Assembly (NCBI GenBank): GCA_047495785.1
Contig: JBLDXI010000054.1
Location: 2,666,001-2,730,000, forward strand
Source of the DNA: Lepidodermella squamata
Taxonomy: Eukaryota > Animalia > Gastrotricha
Length of the DNA stretch: 64,000 bases
Direction: 5' to 3'
This document shows positions 10,777 through 21,139 of this stretch, in pieces (positions within the stretch are counted from its first letter, which is position 1; each line of letters begins with the position of its first letter). The notes beneath the pieces are model-generated. The model worked only from the letters and a program-made list of their open reading frames with translations, was not told the origin of the DNA and searched no databases. Made by a program: the position numbers and the translations under genes.

Positions 10777-13137
10777 ATGATGAAACTCTTCCTTGCCATA
10801 ACTTTCCTGCTGTCTTTCTTACCAAACAGTAACGCTACGACAAAGTCGATGCTGGCTTTTATTCCATTTACCAGCAAACATGACCTGGACGATGACGCCA
10901 TCTGTCGAGCTTCTATGGCTGTTGCCGTTGACTATACCAACAGAAAGATTAACCCAACCATTGTCAACGCAACATTTCTTTTCGAAGACACAGACCATCG
11001 GGAGACAATGAGTCGAATAATCGATTTTTATGAAAGAGGAGAGCACAAATCTTCATTTAACAAGAGATTCTTGATCGCCCCTTCGCGAGTCGTCAACGAT
11101 TATCCCTATTTCGAAACTTTGCTGAAAAATATCGACGTGCATGCGTACACAGCTGCGACGACTACCCACAATGAAAATTCATATCTCAGGGGTACCGGAC
11201 CTCCTGCTCACTTGGTCGCTGATTTTATCGTCGAGTTCGTGGTTAAAATTGGTCAGTGGTCAAAAGTTGCACTATTGAGAAGTGGAGGCGGCCTCGGATT
11301 GCTTGATAAGCTTCGGGAGCGCAACGTAACCGTAAGATGGTTTGCTGCTATCGAATTTCTTGAAGACTATGCCGAGGATGCATTTTTTGAAAGCAACCTT
11401 CGTGTGTTTGTAGTGGATGCTACTAGCATCACACCTTTGCTGCTAGAATTTATGTGCGAGTTTTTCACTAAACTCAGCAACTCAAGCAGACCTTTCGCTG
11501 TTGTACTTCCGTCTGCAATATTTTTTGATTCCGGACACCACGCAGTCTCAGACGATTCGCGATGCGATCTGAATGGGATGATGACTCGATTTACCGAGCG
11601 GATCTATTGGGTCGGGGAGAACATTTATGCTCAAAACGTGACCGTTAAACCGGAGATAGCAGCCTTCGATTCTGAGCTCGGTGAGAAAATAACTGGACTA
11701 GTTAGGGTAACATCGTACGACATTGTTCACCCTTATCAATGCCGCGATTTAATGATGAACGGTTTAAGATCGGCAGTGAAAGCAAACTTAGATTCTAGCT
11801 TCGATGCCCCGTTTTTCAATCAGCTTAACCTGGGAGTATTTCGATGGCTTCCCTCAGATGCAACCGAAACTCTGTTGCAAATAAATTTCTCGCAATGGCC
11901 GAGTGGTGTCACACTCAACAGGTCAATAGACTGGCAAGACACATCGCATTCCATCCCTAAAGATTTTCCCGATGTAGTCCTCTTCTACAAATCTTACGAC
12001 ATGCAAGACCGTGTTTTCGAAGTATCAGGTGGATTCATTATGGTTTCAGATCTGATTATGGCTTTACTGTATGTCATAAAATATCGACGTTCGGGAGATC
12101 AGAAAGCAGCTGACTTTGTCGCTCTTTTAGGCTGTATCTGCCTAAATCTATATATTCATTGCTCCTTGGAAATGGATCACCATCGCAGTGATTTTTTGTG
12201 CAAAGCAGGTTTCATATTCGCTTTCATTGGACTAGCATTCATTAATGGCTCGCTGACAGGGAGGATTTTCAGCGTTAGAAGACTGGTCATCAAACAGCAC
12301 ATGGACGATTTGAAGAATTCGCAACTCCAGAGGAAGATGCGAAAGAACAGGAGAGTCAATAAAGTTGCTTTACCGAATCGATTTCGCCTAATCGATGAGT
12401 CATTTCACACCGTTCAATCGTCTTCACTGACGGGCTCAAACAATACTGAAAATAGGTCAGCATTATCTCTGAGATCATCCCTCAAGCCGTCGCCTAGCCC
12501 TGGTTGGAAGAAAGCGCCGAGAAAAAGCACAATTAGCGCCAGTTCAATGGCCCGCTTCACACTAGTCGAGCCGCCTCAAGCCTCACCGATTGCTCCCCAA
12601 ATTAACGAAAAAGATGTCTTAATTGCTCTGCTTTTAGTTTCTCTTTTAAATGCTCTAATTCTAGCTGCTTGGTATTACTTGGAGCCGCCAACCCATTTGC
12701 ACTTCACAAATACTTCATTCGATGAAATGACGTATAAGCTCGAGACTGACACGTATTACTACACAGCGGAGGACATTTGTTACTCGGATAATCTTGGGGA
12801 GTGGTTACTAGGAATCAGCACGTTCCATGCGATTGTCCTACTTCTCGGGCTATCTTCCATCATGGCAATCAGGCGTAGTTTGATTTTCAAATCAATACCC
12901 AGTGTAGCGAGAGCCTCATACGCCGTCAAATATTGCTCAAGCTTGTTTGCTGGGATAATCCTGACACAACTAATCGCATTCACTAACGAGTATGGGAAAG
13001 CTATCCTTTGCATTTTGATACTTTTGTACACATCGCTTGCCAGCTGTGTGGTATTTTGGCCAACTTTAAGAAGAATAGCAGTCGTCTTTAAAGCGGTTTT
13101 TTGCAGTAGATCCGACATTTCTACGACAACCATTTAA
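10777..13137 (+). CDS. Class C GPCR-like receptor (GABA-B-type Venus flytrap plus 7TM), intronless
   Basis: Signal peptide, a periplasmic-binding-fold-like ectodomain (C..SMAVAVD..N, GQWSKVALL), seven hydrophobic segments, and Cys at TM3 and ECL2. Confidence 0.8.
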   Translation: MMKLFLAITFLLSFLPNSNATTKSMLAFIPFTSKHDLDDDAICRASMAVAVDYTNRKINPTIVNATFLFEDTDHRETMSRIIDFYERGEHKSSFNKRFLIAPSRVVNDYPYFETLLKNIDVHAYTAATTTHNENSYLRGTGPPAHLVADFIVEFVVKIGQWSKVALLRSGGGLGLLDKLRERNVTVRWFAAIEFLEDYAEDAFFESNLRVFVVDATSITPLLLEFMCEFFTKLSNSSRPFAVVLPSAIFFDSGHHAVSDDSRCDLNGMMTRFTERIYWVGENIYAQNVTVKPEIAAFDSELGEKITGLVRVTSYDIVHPYQCRDLMMNGLRSAVKANLDSSFDAPFFNQLNLGVFRWLPSDATETLLQINFSQWPSGVTLNRSIDWQDTSHSIPKDFPDVVLFYKSYDMQDRVFEVSGGFIMVSDLIMALLYVIKYRRSGDQKAADFVALLGCICLNLYIHCSLEMDHHRSDFLCKAGFIFAFIGLAFINGSLTGRIFSVRRLVIKQHMDDLKNSQLQRKMRKNRRVNKVALPNRFRLIDESFHTVQSSSLTGSNNTENRSALSLRSSLKPSPSPGWKKAPRKSTISASSMARFTLVEPPQASPIAPQINEKDVLIALLLVSLLNALILAAWYYLEPPTHLHFTNTSFDEMTYKLETDTYYYTAEDICYSDNLGEWLLGISTFHAIVLLLGLSSIMAIRRSLIFKSIPSVARASYAVKYCSSLFAGIILTQLIAFTNEYGKAILCILILLYTSLASCVVFWPTLRRIAVVFKAVFCSRSDISTTTI

Positions 13138-13539
13138 TAAATTCGATTTTTCTAAAAATAAAGCTGAAGTTAGTTCCGATGTTTCCGATTTTTCCCGCTT
13201 CCAAACGTGAATGAACTTAATGACTCTGGACTATTGCTGTCTGAAACTCATGTCTGAAACCGGTGACCCATTATTTTTAGGACCAGACATGATTGATAAA
13301 CCTTTCGAACCCGTTTCAGTCACGTCTGTTGAGAAATTTAAACAATGCTGAGATGCATGATACGGCGGCTCTTCCGTCCTGATCTTTTGACACTTTCCTG
13401 AAAAGGCTACAAATGGCGAAGTTGTCGCCACTCTCTTCACATAAATCTCGGATGCCCACAAGAGGAAGCTCAACTTTACGTCATTAAGCTTTTAACTGCA
13501 GTTGTATCTGTTGTCATTAAACTTAAAATAATCAAAAAC

Positions 13540-15909
13540 ATGAATCTGAATTTGACTTTTGCTTTACTGTATTTACTCTCAAATATCGTTGGTTCTAGGC
13601 CAACGAAAGTCAAAACATCATCGCTACTGGCGTTCGTGCCATACACCGGCTTGACTGATATGGATGACGATGCGATTTGCGAAGCCTCAATGAAGGTCGC
13701 CGTGGATTCTGTAAACGAGCGATCAGCACCACTCAACTTGAATGCGACAATTTTGTTTGAAGCGAGCGATCTGAAAGATTCGGTGGCAGAAATAGTCAAT
13801 TTTTACAGCAATTCTCCTTTCGATAAAAACCCGTTGATAGCACCGTCCAGGCTTGTAAACGACTATCGCTATTTTGAAGCCCTACTTCGGAATTTGAACG
13901 TTACAGCCTACACTACCGCTACTACTAAGCACAACAGCAATTCTAGCCTTCGAGGAACAGGTCCGCCAGCTGATCTGGTCGCCGAGCTCATGGTCGAATT
14001 TGTCGTCAAAATAGGCCAATGGTCTCAGGTTGCGTTGTTGCGAAGTGGGAGTGGCCTTGGTTTATTAGAACGGTTCCGAGAGCGGAATGTCCACGTTAAA
14101 TGGTTTGCTGCAGTTGAATATTTGGAAGAAAATGCGCAGGCGTCGTTTTTCGCGAGCAATCTTCGAATAGTTGTGATCGATGCAACCAGCATTACCCCGT
14201 TACTTCTGGGGTTTATGTGTGAATTCTTTATGAATATTAGCGACTCTCGTAAGCCTTACGTTGTAGTCCTGCCGTCCGCAATTTACATCGACCCTGAGCA
14301 AGGTTTGGTGTCGAATGAAAGTTCGTGCAATTTCAATTCAATGATGGTGAAATTTTCATCGAGAATCTTCTGGGTCGGAGAAAATATCTACGCGCAAAAT
14401 TCAGCGAACTCGAAAGAAGTTTCATCTTTTGACATATCATTGGGCGAGAAAATTACTGGCCTTGACCGTGTCACATCCTATGACATGGTTCATCCTTACC
14501 AATGCCGAGATTTGATGATGGCTGGTCTTCGTTTTACGTTGCGAGCAAACTATAATATGAGTTTCGATGTCCCAACGCTGAATCAGCAGAACCTAGGAGT
14601 TTTTCAGTGGGGTCATCCAGACTCCCCTTCAACAGTTCTGCAAATCAATGTAACACAATGGCCGGAAAAAATCTCTTTAAATTGGTCTTTGTTGACCACA
14701 AACGTCAATCTACAGATCCAGAGAGATTTCCCTGCAGTACTTTTGAATCACAGGACTTATGATCCTTCAGATCGCGTCCTCGAGTCAGCTGCAGGGATAG
14801 TAATAATTATCGCATCTGTCATTGGTTTGTCACACTTGACCAAATTAGGGCGCAAATGTGAACAGCAGCTTGTTGACATAGCTCTTCTTCTCGGCTGTGT
14901 ATTCTTCAATTTTTATGTTTTCTTATCACTCGAAATGGATCACCATAAGAGCGATTTCCTTTGCAAAGCGGGATTCGTTTTCGTTTTTACAGGTCTATCA
15001 TTGATCAACGGAACACTTCTTGGCAAGATTCTCAGTGTACGTAGCCTTGTTATCAGGCAGAATATGGACGATTTGAAAAGGGCTCTCCTCAGAAAAATGA
15101 GATCGAAATCGCGAAAACTAAAAAAGGCTGAAAGTAAAGCGAAACTGTTCAACGCTGGATCTTCCCTGCAATCAGGAATGTCATCACGAGGAATATCCCG
15201 CAGAACGTCAGTTGCTCCCGTTTCATCTCGCAGATCATCCTTAATGCCGCCATTCGTGGTTGGATTAACCAAATCGATACGAAAAAGTACGATTAGTTCC
15301 AACTCCGTGAATCCCGATTTCATCTTGACTGTCCCTCCACAAAACACACCGCCCGTTGCCAAATCAAGTAGCTTCAGCGCTATTGCCACGGTGATATGCA
15401 TAACAATTTTAAATTCTTGCATCATGGCTGCATGGTATTACGTGGAACCGCCCACTCATTTAAACTTCAAGAATGCATCCTTCGATGACATGACTTATGA
15501 CCTCGAGAAGGACACATATTTCTTCACGGAGGTAGATATTTGCTACTCAGAAAATCTGGACAGTCTGCTGTTAGGCGTAAGCATTCTCCATTCCGTCGTC
15601 CTACTTGTCGCAGTCGCATCGTTCATGTCTATCCGGCGAAGTGAGATCGCGAAGTCTATGCCCAGCGTAGGAAGGGCGGCTAATGCACTTATATACTGTT
15701 CGAGTCTATTCGCTTGCATGTTGTTGACGCAACTAGTAACTTTTGACACTGAGACCGGAAAAGCCATTCTATGCGTGCTCATCATCCTGTACTCTTCTCT
15801 AGCTTGTTGTCTCGTTTCCTGGCCAACCATCAAAACGGCATTTTCATATTTTCGCAGTCGTTTATATATCAGACATTCGCAAAATTCATCACTGACAAAT
15901 AATATCTGA
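13540..15909 (+). CDS. Class C GPCR-like receptor, tandem paralogue of 10777-13137
   Basis: Shares many identical blocks (LRGTGPPA, DATSITPLLL, HPYQCRDLMM, SLEMDHH.SDFLCKAGF). Confidence 0.8.
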   Translation: MNLNLTFALLYLLSNIVGSRPTKVKTSSLLAFVPYTGLTDMDDDAICEASMKVAVDSVNERSAPLNLNATILFEASDLKDSVAEIVNFYSNSPFDKNPLIAPSRLVNDYRYFEALLRNLNVTAYTTATTKHNSNSSLRGTGPPADLVAELMVEFVVKIGQWSQVALLRSGSGLGLLERFRERNVHVKWFAAVEYLEENAQASFFASNLRIVVIDATSITPLLLGFMCEFFMNISDSRKPYVVVLPSAIYIDPEQGLVSNESSCNFNSMMVKFSSRIFWVGENIYAQNSANSKEVSSFDISLGEKITGLDRVTSYDMVHPYQCRDLMMAGLRFTLRANYNMSFDVPTLNQQNLGVFQWGHPDSPSTVLQINVTQWPEKISLNWSLLTTNVNLQIQRDFPAVLLNHRTYDPSDRVLESAAGIVIIIASVIGLSHLTKLGRKCEQQLVDIALLLGCVFFNFYVFLSLEMDHHKSDFLCKAGFVFVFTGLSLINGTLLGKILSVRSLVIRQNMDDLKRALLRKMRSKSRKLKKAESKAKLFNAGSSLQSGMSSRGISRRTSVAPVSSRRSSLMPPFVVGLTKSIRKSTISSNSVNPDFILTVPPQNTPPVAKSSSFSAIATVICITILNSCIMAAWYYVEPPTHLNFKNASFDDMTYDLEKDTYFFTEVDICYSENLDSLLLGVSILHSVVLLVAVASFMSIRRSEIAKSMPSVGRAANALIYCSSLFACMLLTQLVTFDTETGKAILCVLIILYSSLACCLVSWPTIKTAFSYFRSRLYIRHSQNSSLTNNI

Positions 15910-16166
15910 ATGGCATTGTTGGGCATTGTTTTGATCATTTTTACTACGCAAATAAAGGGAAAGGTGTTTCCATGAAACTGTTGTATGAAGGATAGTGGGC
16001 GACTACAGAAAAACAATCGAAAATAGCGTTGTAGTCAAAGAAATGGCGATCGATTCAAGCCAATCTTTACTTCTGCGGAAACACCGACCAAACAGTTGGA
16101 GGCTCTGTAGTATGCTGCCGGCGCCTAATGATTATATTAGGTATGCGGAAGGTTTGGAAAGGCTGA

Positions 16167-16760
16167 TCAGGTTGCATGAATCGTGGCGGTGGCAAAAGAG
16201 GTTGATACTCCGGCATATCGCCTAAAAACGGCATCAGTGCACTCAAGGAATTTAGGATAAAATGTCAAACCAGTGGTTATTCGAACTTCCCGTGGCTGTT
16301 GACGGCCGAAAGCTAGTGCAAAACTGACAGCAATCACAGCCCCCGCAACAATGGCTACACTAGCAAATAAGATAGCGACTCCGAAGCGGTGTTTAATTTC
16401 TCGCGGAGTTGCTCCTTGAACTGCCCGTGTGGCCTTGAAAAATGCAATGCACGAAAGTCCGGGCAGGCCAGCTATTAGCGAGTACGTTGACAGGAATAGC
16501 GCAGCGAATTGCAGACGTCTCAATTTACGCGTCTCTCTTTCAACGGCTGCTGGCGGCTGTTCGATGACACGAAACGACTCGGCACTGTCTAAGCGATGGC
16601 CTGAGGTTCGAATTTCAGGCGTATCGCGCGAGAAGATAATGGTGACGTGCTCTAATCCACTAGCACCTCCGGCTCCATCGGCTTGCGCGTTCGTAAGCTT
16701 CGCGAGATATCGCATCGTTTCCGCATAGCTTGGCGGAAGCTCGTCATCACCTTCACGCAT
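16167..16760 (-). CDS. Small membrane protein with a PPSY motif, CD225/dispanin-like
   Basis: MREGDDELPPSYAE, then two hydrophobic segments separated by a short basic linker (CIAFFKATRA...HRFGVAILFASVAIVAG). Confidence 0.5.
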   Translation of the reverse strand: MREGDDELPPSYAETMRYLAKLTNAQADGAGGASGLEHVTIIFSRDTPEIRTSGHRLDSAESFRVIEQPPAAVERETRKLRRLQFAALFLSTYSLIAGLPGLSCIAFFKATRAVQGATPREIKHRFGVAILFASVAIVAGAVIAVSFALAFGRQQPREVRITTGLTFYPKFLECTDAVFRRYAGVSTSFATATIHAT

Positions 16761-16866
16761 CTTGAATTTGAACTCTGAAAATGTACCTTTCAAATATAGG
16801 GTAAAATAAGCTGAATACGACACGCTCTTTTCAAAGGAGTATTTATTTCGGCAAAAAAACGTCGCA

Positions 16867-17811
16867 TCAAAAATAGCCGCAATTGAAGTCGGCGCTGGAT
16901 AATGAATTATTTTTTAGAAATAAAGAAGTTTGAATGGCAGCCAAGTTCAATGAAAGCTTTTTTGTGAAGTTGCCTTGCCACCACTGCGATAGCTGTGATT
17001 CAACAATGTCAGCAGGTGATAATTTCTTGTGGAAAAATATTTCCATTTTGATTATTGAAAGGTCTGCAGATAATGAGATGGGATGATCCATCAAAAACCA
17101 GTCATAAATGTAGCCGAGAAGTACTCGCTCCATAAAAACATCGACTAGAGACGAGTCGGCTAAATTATCAGCATTCAATGGCCATAACGCATCATGCCTA
17201 AATCGATTAGTACGCGGTATATCAGTGGAAACAGTAACATCCCATTTGTTCCTCAACTCCAGAGCGTCGTGCATCTTATCTTCGTTGAAACCTTGAAGAA
17301 TCCGATCATCGTCTAGATCCAGAGCCATAATGTAATCGAAGTCGAATAAAGTTTCCAACGCAAAAGTTAACAAAGTATTTTCAGCATGCTTTCGTTTTAT
17401 GGAGATCCCGAGATCGCCTTGTGATAAAATAGTGATGGTACCTGATTTGAGCAATTTTTCGGTTTTGACGTAATTCAAAAAATCGAGCGAATGGTCATTT
17501 GAGTTGTAAACGTAGACTACTACATGGCACTGCCTGAAAAAGCTGCACAATTGATCCAAGGTCTTCAATCGGCAGCCTATTCCAGCTCGGATGTTGCTTG
17601 CAGTTGCCAATATAACGGCTCGCTCGGGAATTGCATCTGGGTTTGCGACCAAAGATCGATCCAAGGTATAATTCATGGAGGCCTCAGCCAATAGCCGTTT
17701 TCCGCTGAATATGAGTTTTGCCTCATTGGTAAAATCGATCGTGAATAAGATGCTTCCAACCCAAAGGAGAACTATTGAAACAACTAACAAATAGTGCCTT
17801 CTAAGTTTCAT
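16867..17811 (-). CDS. Type II membrane GT-A-fold glycosyltransferase-like protein (CAP59/GT69-like pattern), intronless
   Basis: N-terminal TM anchor; motifs VILATASNI, VVVYVYNSND.S, AENTLL and FDYIMALDLDDD (DxD). Confidence 0.6.
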   Translation of the reverse strand: MKLRRHYLLVVSIVLLWVGSILFTIDFTNEAKLIFSGKRLLAEASMNYTLDRSLVANPDAIPERAVILATASNIRAGIGCRLKTLDQLCSFFRQCHVVVYVYNSNDHSLDFLNYVKTEKLLKSGTITILSQGDLGISIKRKHAENTLLTFALETLFDFDYIMALDLDDDRILQGFNEDKMHDALELRNKWDVTVSTDIPRTNRFRHDALWPLNADNLADSSLVDVFMERVLLGYIYDWFLMDHPISLSADLSIIKMEIFFHKKLSPADIVESQLSQWWQGNFTKKLSLNLAAIQTSLFLKNNSLSSADFNCGYF

Positions 17812-18233
17812 TTGTTGGCGTAGCTAATACGACCATATTCTTTGCTACAATGCTAGAGCGCTTAATGTTTTTAACCACCAATCCTTCATCCAGCGTGTCG
17901 GGCTGATGAAAGCGTCATCAAGCTTGAACAACATTTTTCATGCATTTTGTTGTTGACTACATCTCACGCTCCTCGTAACTTATAATGTTTATATCTAGGA
18001 TTTCACAGCTCACCCTCCCGAGTGTCCATTTAGTGACCTGACCTTGAACTGAACATAAAAAGGAGATGTTTTGTTCGCGCGTAATTAAAAATCGACAAAA
18101 AGTGAAAAGCACCCAATATATCGAGGCCAAGATCATGTCCTCGAGGCTAATTTAAGGCGGGTTGATCCAGAGCATTGTATCATAACTTAGTTAACGGCTC
18201 ATTCTCTGTTGGTACTTTTTCTTCAGTTTTAAA

Positions 18234-18686
18234 ATGCTCGATAAACCTAAGCCGGTTGTTAGCTTATCTCTGCTACCATTCCATCTGTCGATCTGCATCA
18301 ACAGCCTGGACGAAGCTCGTCGATTCTACGGAGAAATTCTCGGCCTGGAAGAGCGCCGAGCAACTGAGACCTCGATTCACTTCGACGTTTACGGCTCACA
18401 GCTGACCCTGCATGCCGTCGATGGTTACAGCGCGTTGAATATCCAACGAGAAGTCGACGCTGAAGACGTACCAGTCCCGCATTTCGGATTCGCTCTGCCG
18501 GATGCTGATTCTTTCTATCAAATCGCCCAGCGGCTTAGAGAAGCTGGTGTTAAATTCGTCAAAGAGCCGGCGAAACGATTCTTGGGGAAGAAGCATGAAC
18601 AGTACGTGCTTTTCGTCCTGGACCCGGCTGGTAACGGAATCGAGATCAAAGCTTTCATTCATGCTGCACCAGGCGAATGGCTGTGA
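18234..18686 (+). CDS. VOC/glyoxalase family protein of the bacterial predicted extradiol-dioxygenase type
   Basis: PFHLSI, ARRFYGEILG, VDAEDVPVPHFG, EP..RF.G...EQ...FVLDPAGNGIEIKAF; His/His/Glu metal ligands retained; intronless. Confidence 0.9.
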   Translation: MLDKPKPVVSLSLLPFHLSICINSLDEARRFYGEILGLEERRATETSIHFDVYGSQLTLHAVDGYSALNIQREVDAEDVPVPHFGFALPDADSFYQIAQRLREAGVKFVKEPAKRFLGKKHEQYVLFVLDPAGNGIEIKAFIHAAPGEWL

Positions 18687-18877
18687 CAAGATTACTTCCA
18701 GTTCAAGGACATCTTGCGTAATCTTTTCGCTACTAAATATTATATCAGCAGCTACGCACCATAGAATTTTATCTCGAATAATAATAGAGATGATATACTC
18801 ACTAGCCGCATATAAGATAAAACTGAGAATAAAAGTTATTTACTTCGTCCTCATTTTGTCCTCTCAAAGAAGTAAAC

Positions 18878-21093
18878 ATGAATCGCTTAGCGTGGAAGCT
18901 ATTGGCTATATCCGTTTGTCTTGCTGCGATCTCAATCGCCCTTGCGCCAAGAATACCGAGAGTTGGTGAAAAATGGCCACCGAGGCAGAAATTTATGCTG
19001 CGATTAGCTGCTGTGGCAATCGTTGTAGCACTATCGGGCCTTTCTCTGACATCATTCATCATAGCCTGGCTACCAGTTTCGCGTCACCACGGCATTATCT
19101 CCGCAATCGCCCATTTTTTCAATCTTCTGATGCTGCGAATCATCGGACCAGGGTGTTGTAGCTTGCTGGACGAAGCAATTGAAAATCCTAGAAAAACTCA
19201 AGAGGAGTTGCTTAAAAAGATTCTGATGGACAATGCATTCACAGTTTACGGCAACGAAAGGAATTTCGCAGCGATGATCAATCGTGAAGATTTCAAAAGA
19301 ATGCACCCACTTACCGACTACGAATGGTTCAGGCCATACATTGAACGAATCATTGATAGAGGTCAGTGAATTCGAAATTCGAATATAACTAATTGATTTG
19401 TTTGGGTTCGCCAATTTCAGGTGAGCAGAATGTGCTAACGCGTGACCCAGTCATTAGACTCAACGTAACCTCGGGAACTGGCGGGAAATCGAAAATGATA
19501 CCAAGCACTGCTGAGTATTTCGCCCATGCTCAAAGGTTAGAATACCTAAACACTTTTTCGTTAAGCTGGATGTTTGATAACGCAGGAATTTCTACATCCC
19601 CTATTATTACCACCTCGGCCAAACAAAACGCGCACCATTTTTGGCTCCGTTGAAACAGTCTTTCATGACCTTCGTTCCCCGTTGGCGGTTCACGGGTGAG
19701 AAATTGCCAATCGGCCCTCTTTCAGCGAATACTCGCAAACACCAGAAAATGTGGAAGTACAGCCGAACGCTGCCTGTCGAGGCTGAGGCATACATGAGTG
19801 AACCAGCTCAATGTTACCTGCACTGGCTCTTTGCACTCATGGACCCAGAGATGACCCGAATAGATGGCGCGTTTGCTGGCACTGTTTTGGCATCGATTGA
19901 ACAGCTTAGATTGAAATGGCGGAAATTGGTCGTCGATATTAAGAATGGGAAGCTGTCACGTGACGAGGACATACCCTCATCAGTAATTGATCGCATAGAG
20001 AAGTCAGGGAAACTGTTTGCGGACGAACATCGTGCGGAACAATTGAATCGCGAGTTCAGCAAAGGATTTGAAGGCGTTATGGGTCGTATCTGGCCAAGAA
20101 TGAGTACGTAGATTTTTCAGTAATTTTCTTGAACTTCATTCTATTTCTAGACGTTTTGGTCTGCTTTACAACTGGTACGCAATGTATTTATCGCGAAAGG
20201 CTTCAATGGTTTTGCGGGCCAAGCATCGACATCGTTTCGCCATTTTACACGGCCAGTGAGGGCGCTTTCGGTCTAAACCTAGAGCTCTCAAGTGGGGAAC
20301 AGCTCTTCACCCTACAACCTCAAATGACATTCATGGAATTCATCCCCGAGGCTAATATCGATGACGAAGAGCCTTGTACGTTGTTCATGGATCAAATTCA
20401 ATGTGGCAGGCGGTATGAATTGGTGATTACCAGTATGTTGGGCCTATATCGGTACCGCATGGGAGATATAGCTGAGGTTGTTCGTCTACGGCACTGTACA
20501 CCCGTTGTCCGATTTTGCGGCCGAGTTGGCAGCATCCTTGATTTGAGAGGCGAGAAAACTACCGAGGTAAGATCTGCCTAAGGATAAGTTCAAGATTTGC
20601 TGAAATATCGCTCTTTAGGAAATGATTTTAACAGCCCTATTAGCAAGTGTCCCGAAATGGAAAGGTAGCGGTTATATGCGAGGTTACACAACAACAGAAG
20701 GCGTCAGTCTGTCCAAAGTTATCGAACCCATTTACCAAGGGGAATTCGGTCTCCACTACGTCCTATTTGTCGAGGTTGAAGGCATCGAAAGGCGATTAAC
20801 TCACGACGAAGTGACAGTTTTCGATGAAAACCTGTCGAAAGTTAGCTATCCATATCACTCATTCCGTAAAAAGTTGTCCATCGTTCGACCAAAGGTATAA
20901 CATTCTTAGTACAAAGGCTTTGATTAATTCTGCTGTTTTTTTGTTTCAGATTTTTATTGTTAGGCCTGGAACATTCATAGCTATGAAAGAATTCACGCTT
21001 CGAAAAACTCAAGGAGCCCCATCACAGTACAAAACTCCGAAATACGTTACGGACGAAGAACGCCTTGCTTTCCTTGTTAATTCTTCATACTAA
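18878..21093 (+). CDS. GH3 domain-containing protein (acyl-adenylate-forming fold) with N-terminal TM segments, GHDC-like
   Basis: HPLTDYEWFRPYIERI, TSGTGGKSKMIP, FYTASEG, YELVIT...GLYRYRMGD and SQYKTPK motifs. Five short introns restore the reading frame. Confidence 0.92.
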
Positions 21094-21139
21094 ATAAAAC
21101 AATCCATTTTATTCAATGTACTCAAAACATCTAAACGAG

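Noticed and set aside
19500-19660. Apparent frameshift in the GH3 gene
   Set aside because: Resolved by a GT-AG intron at ~19535-19585 that restores the frame.
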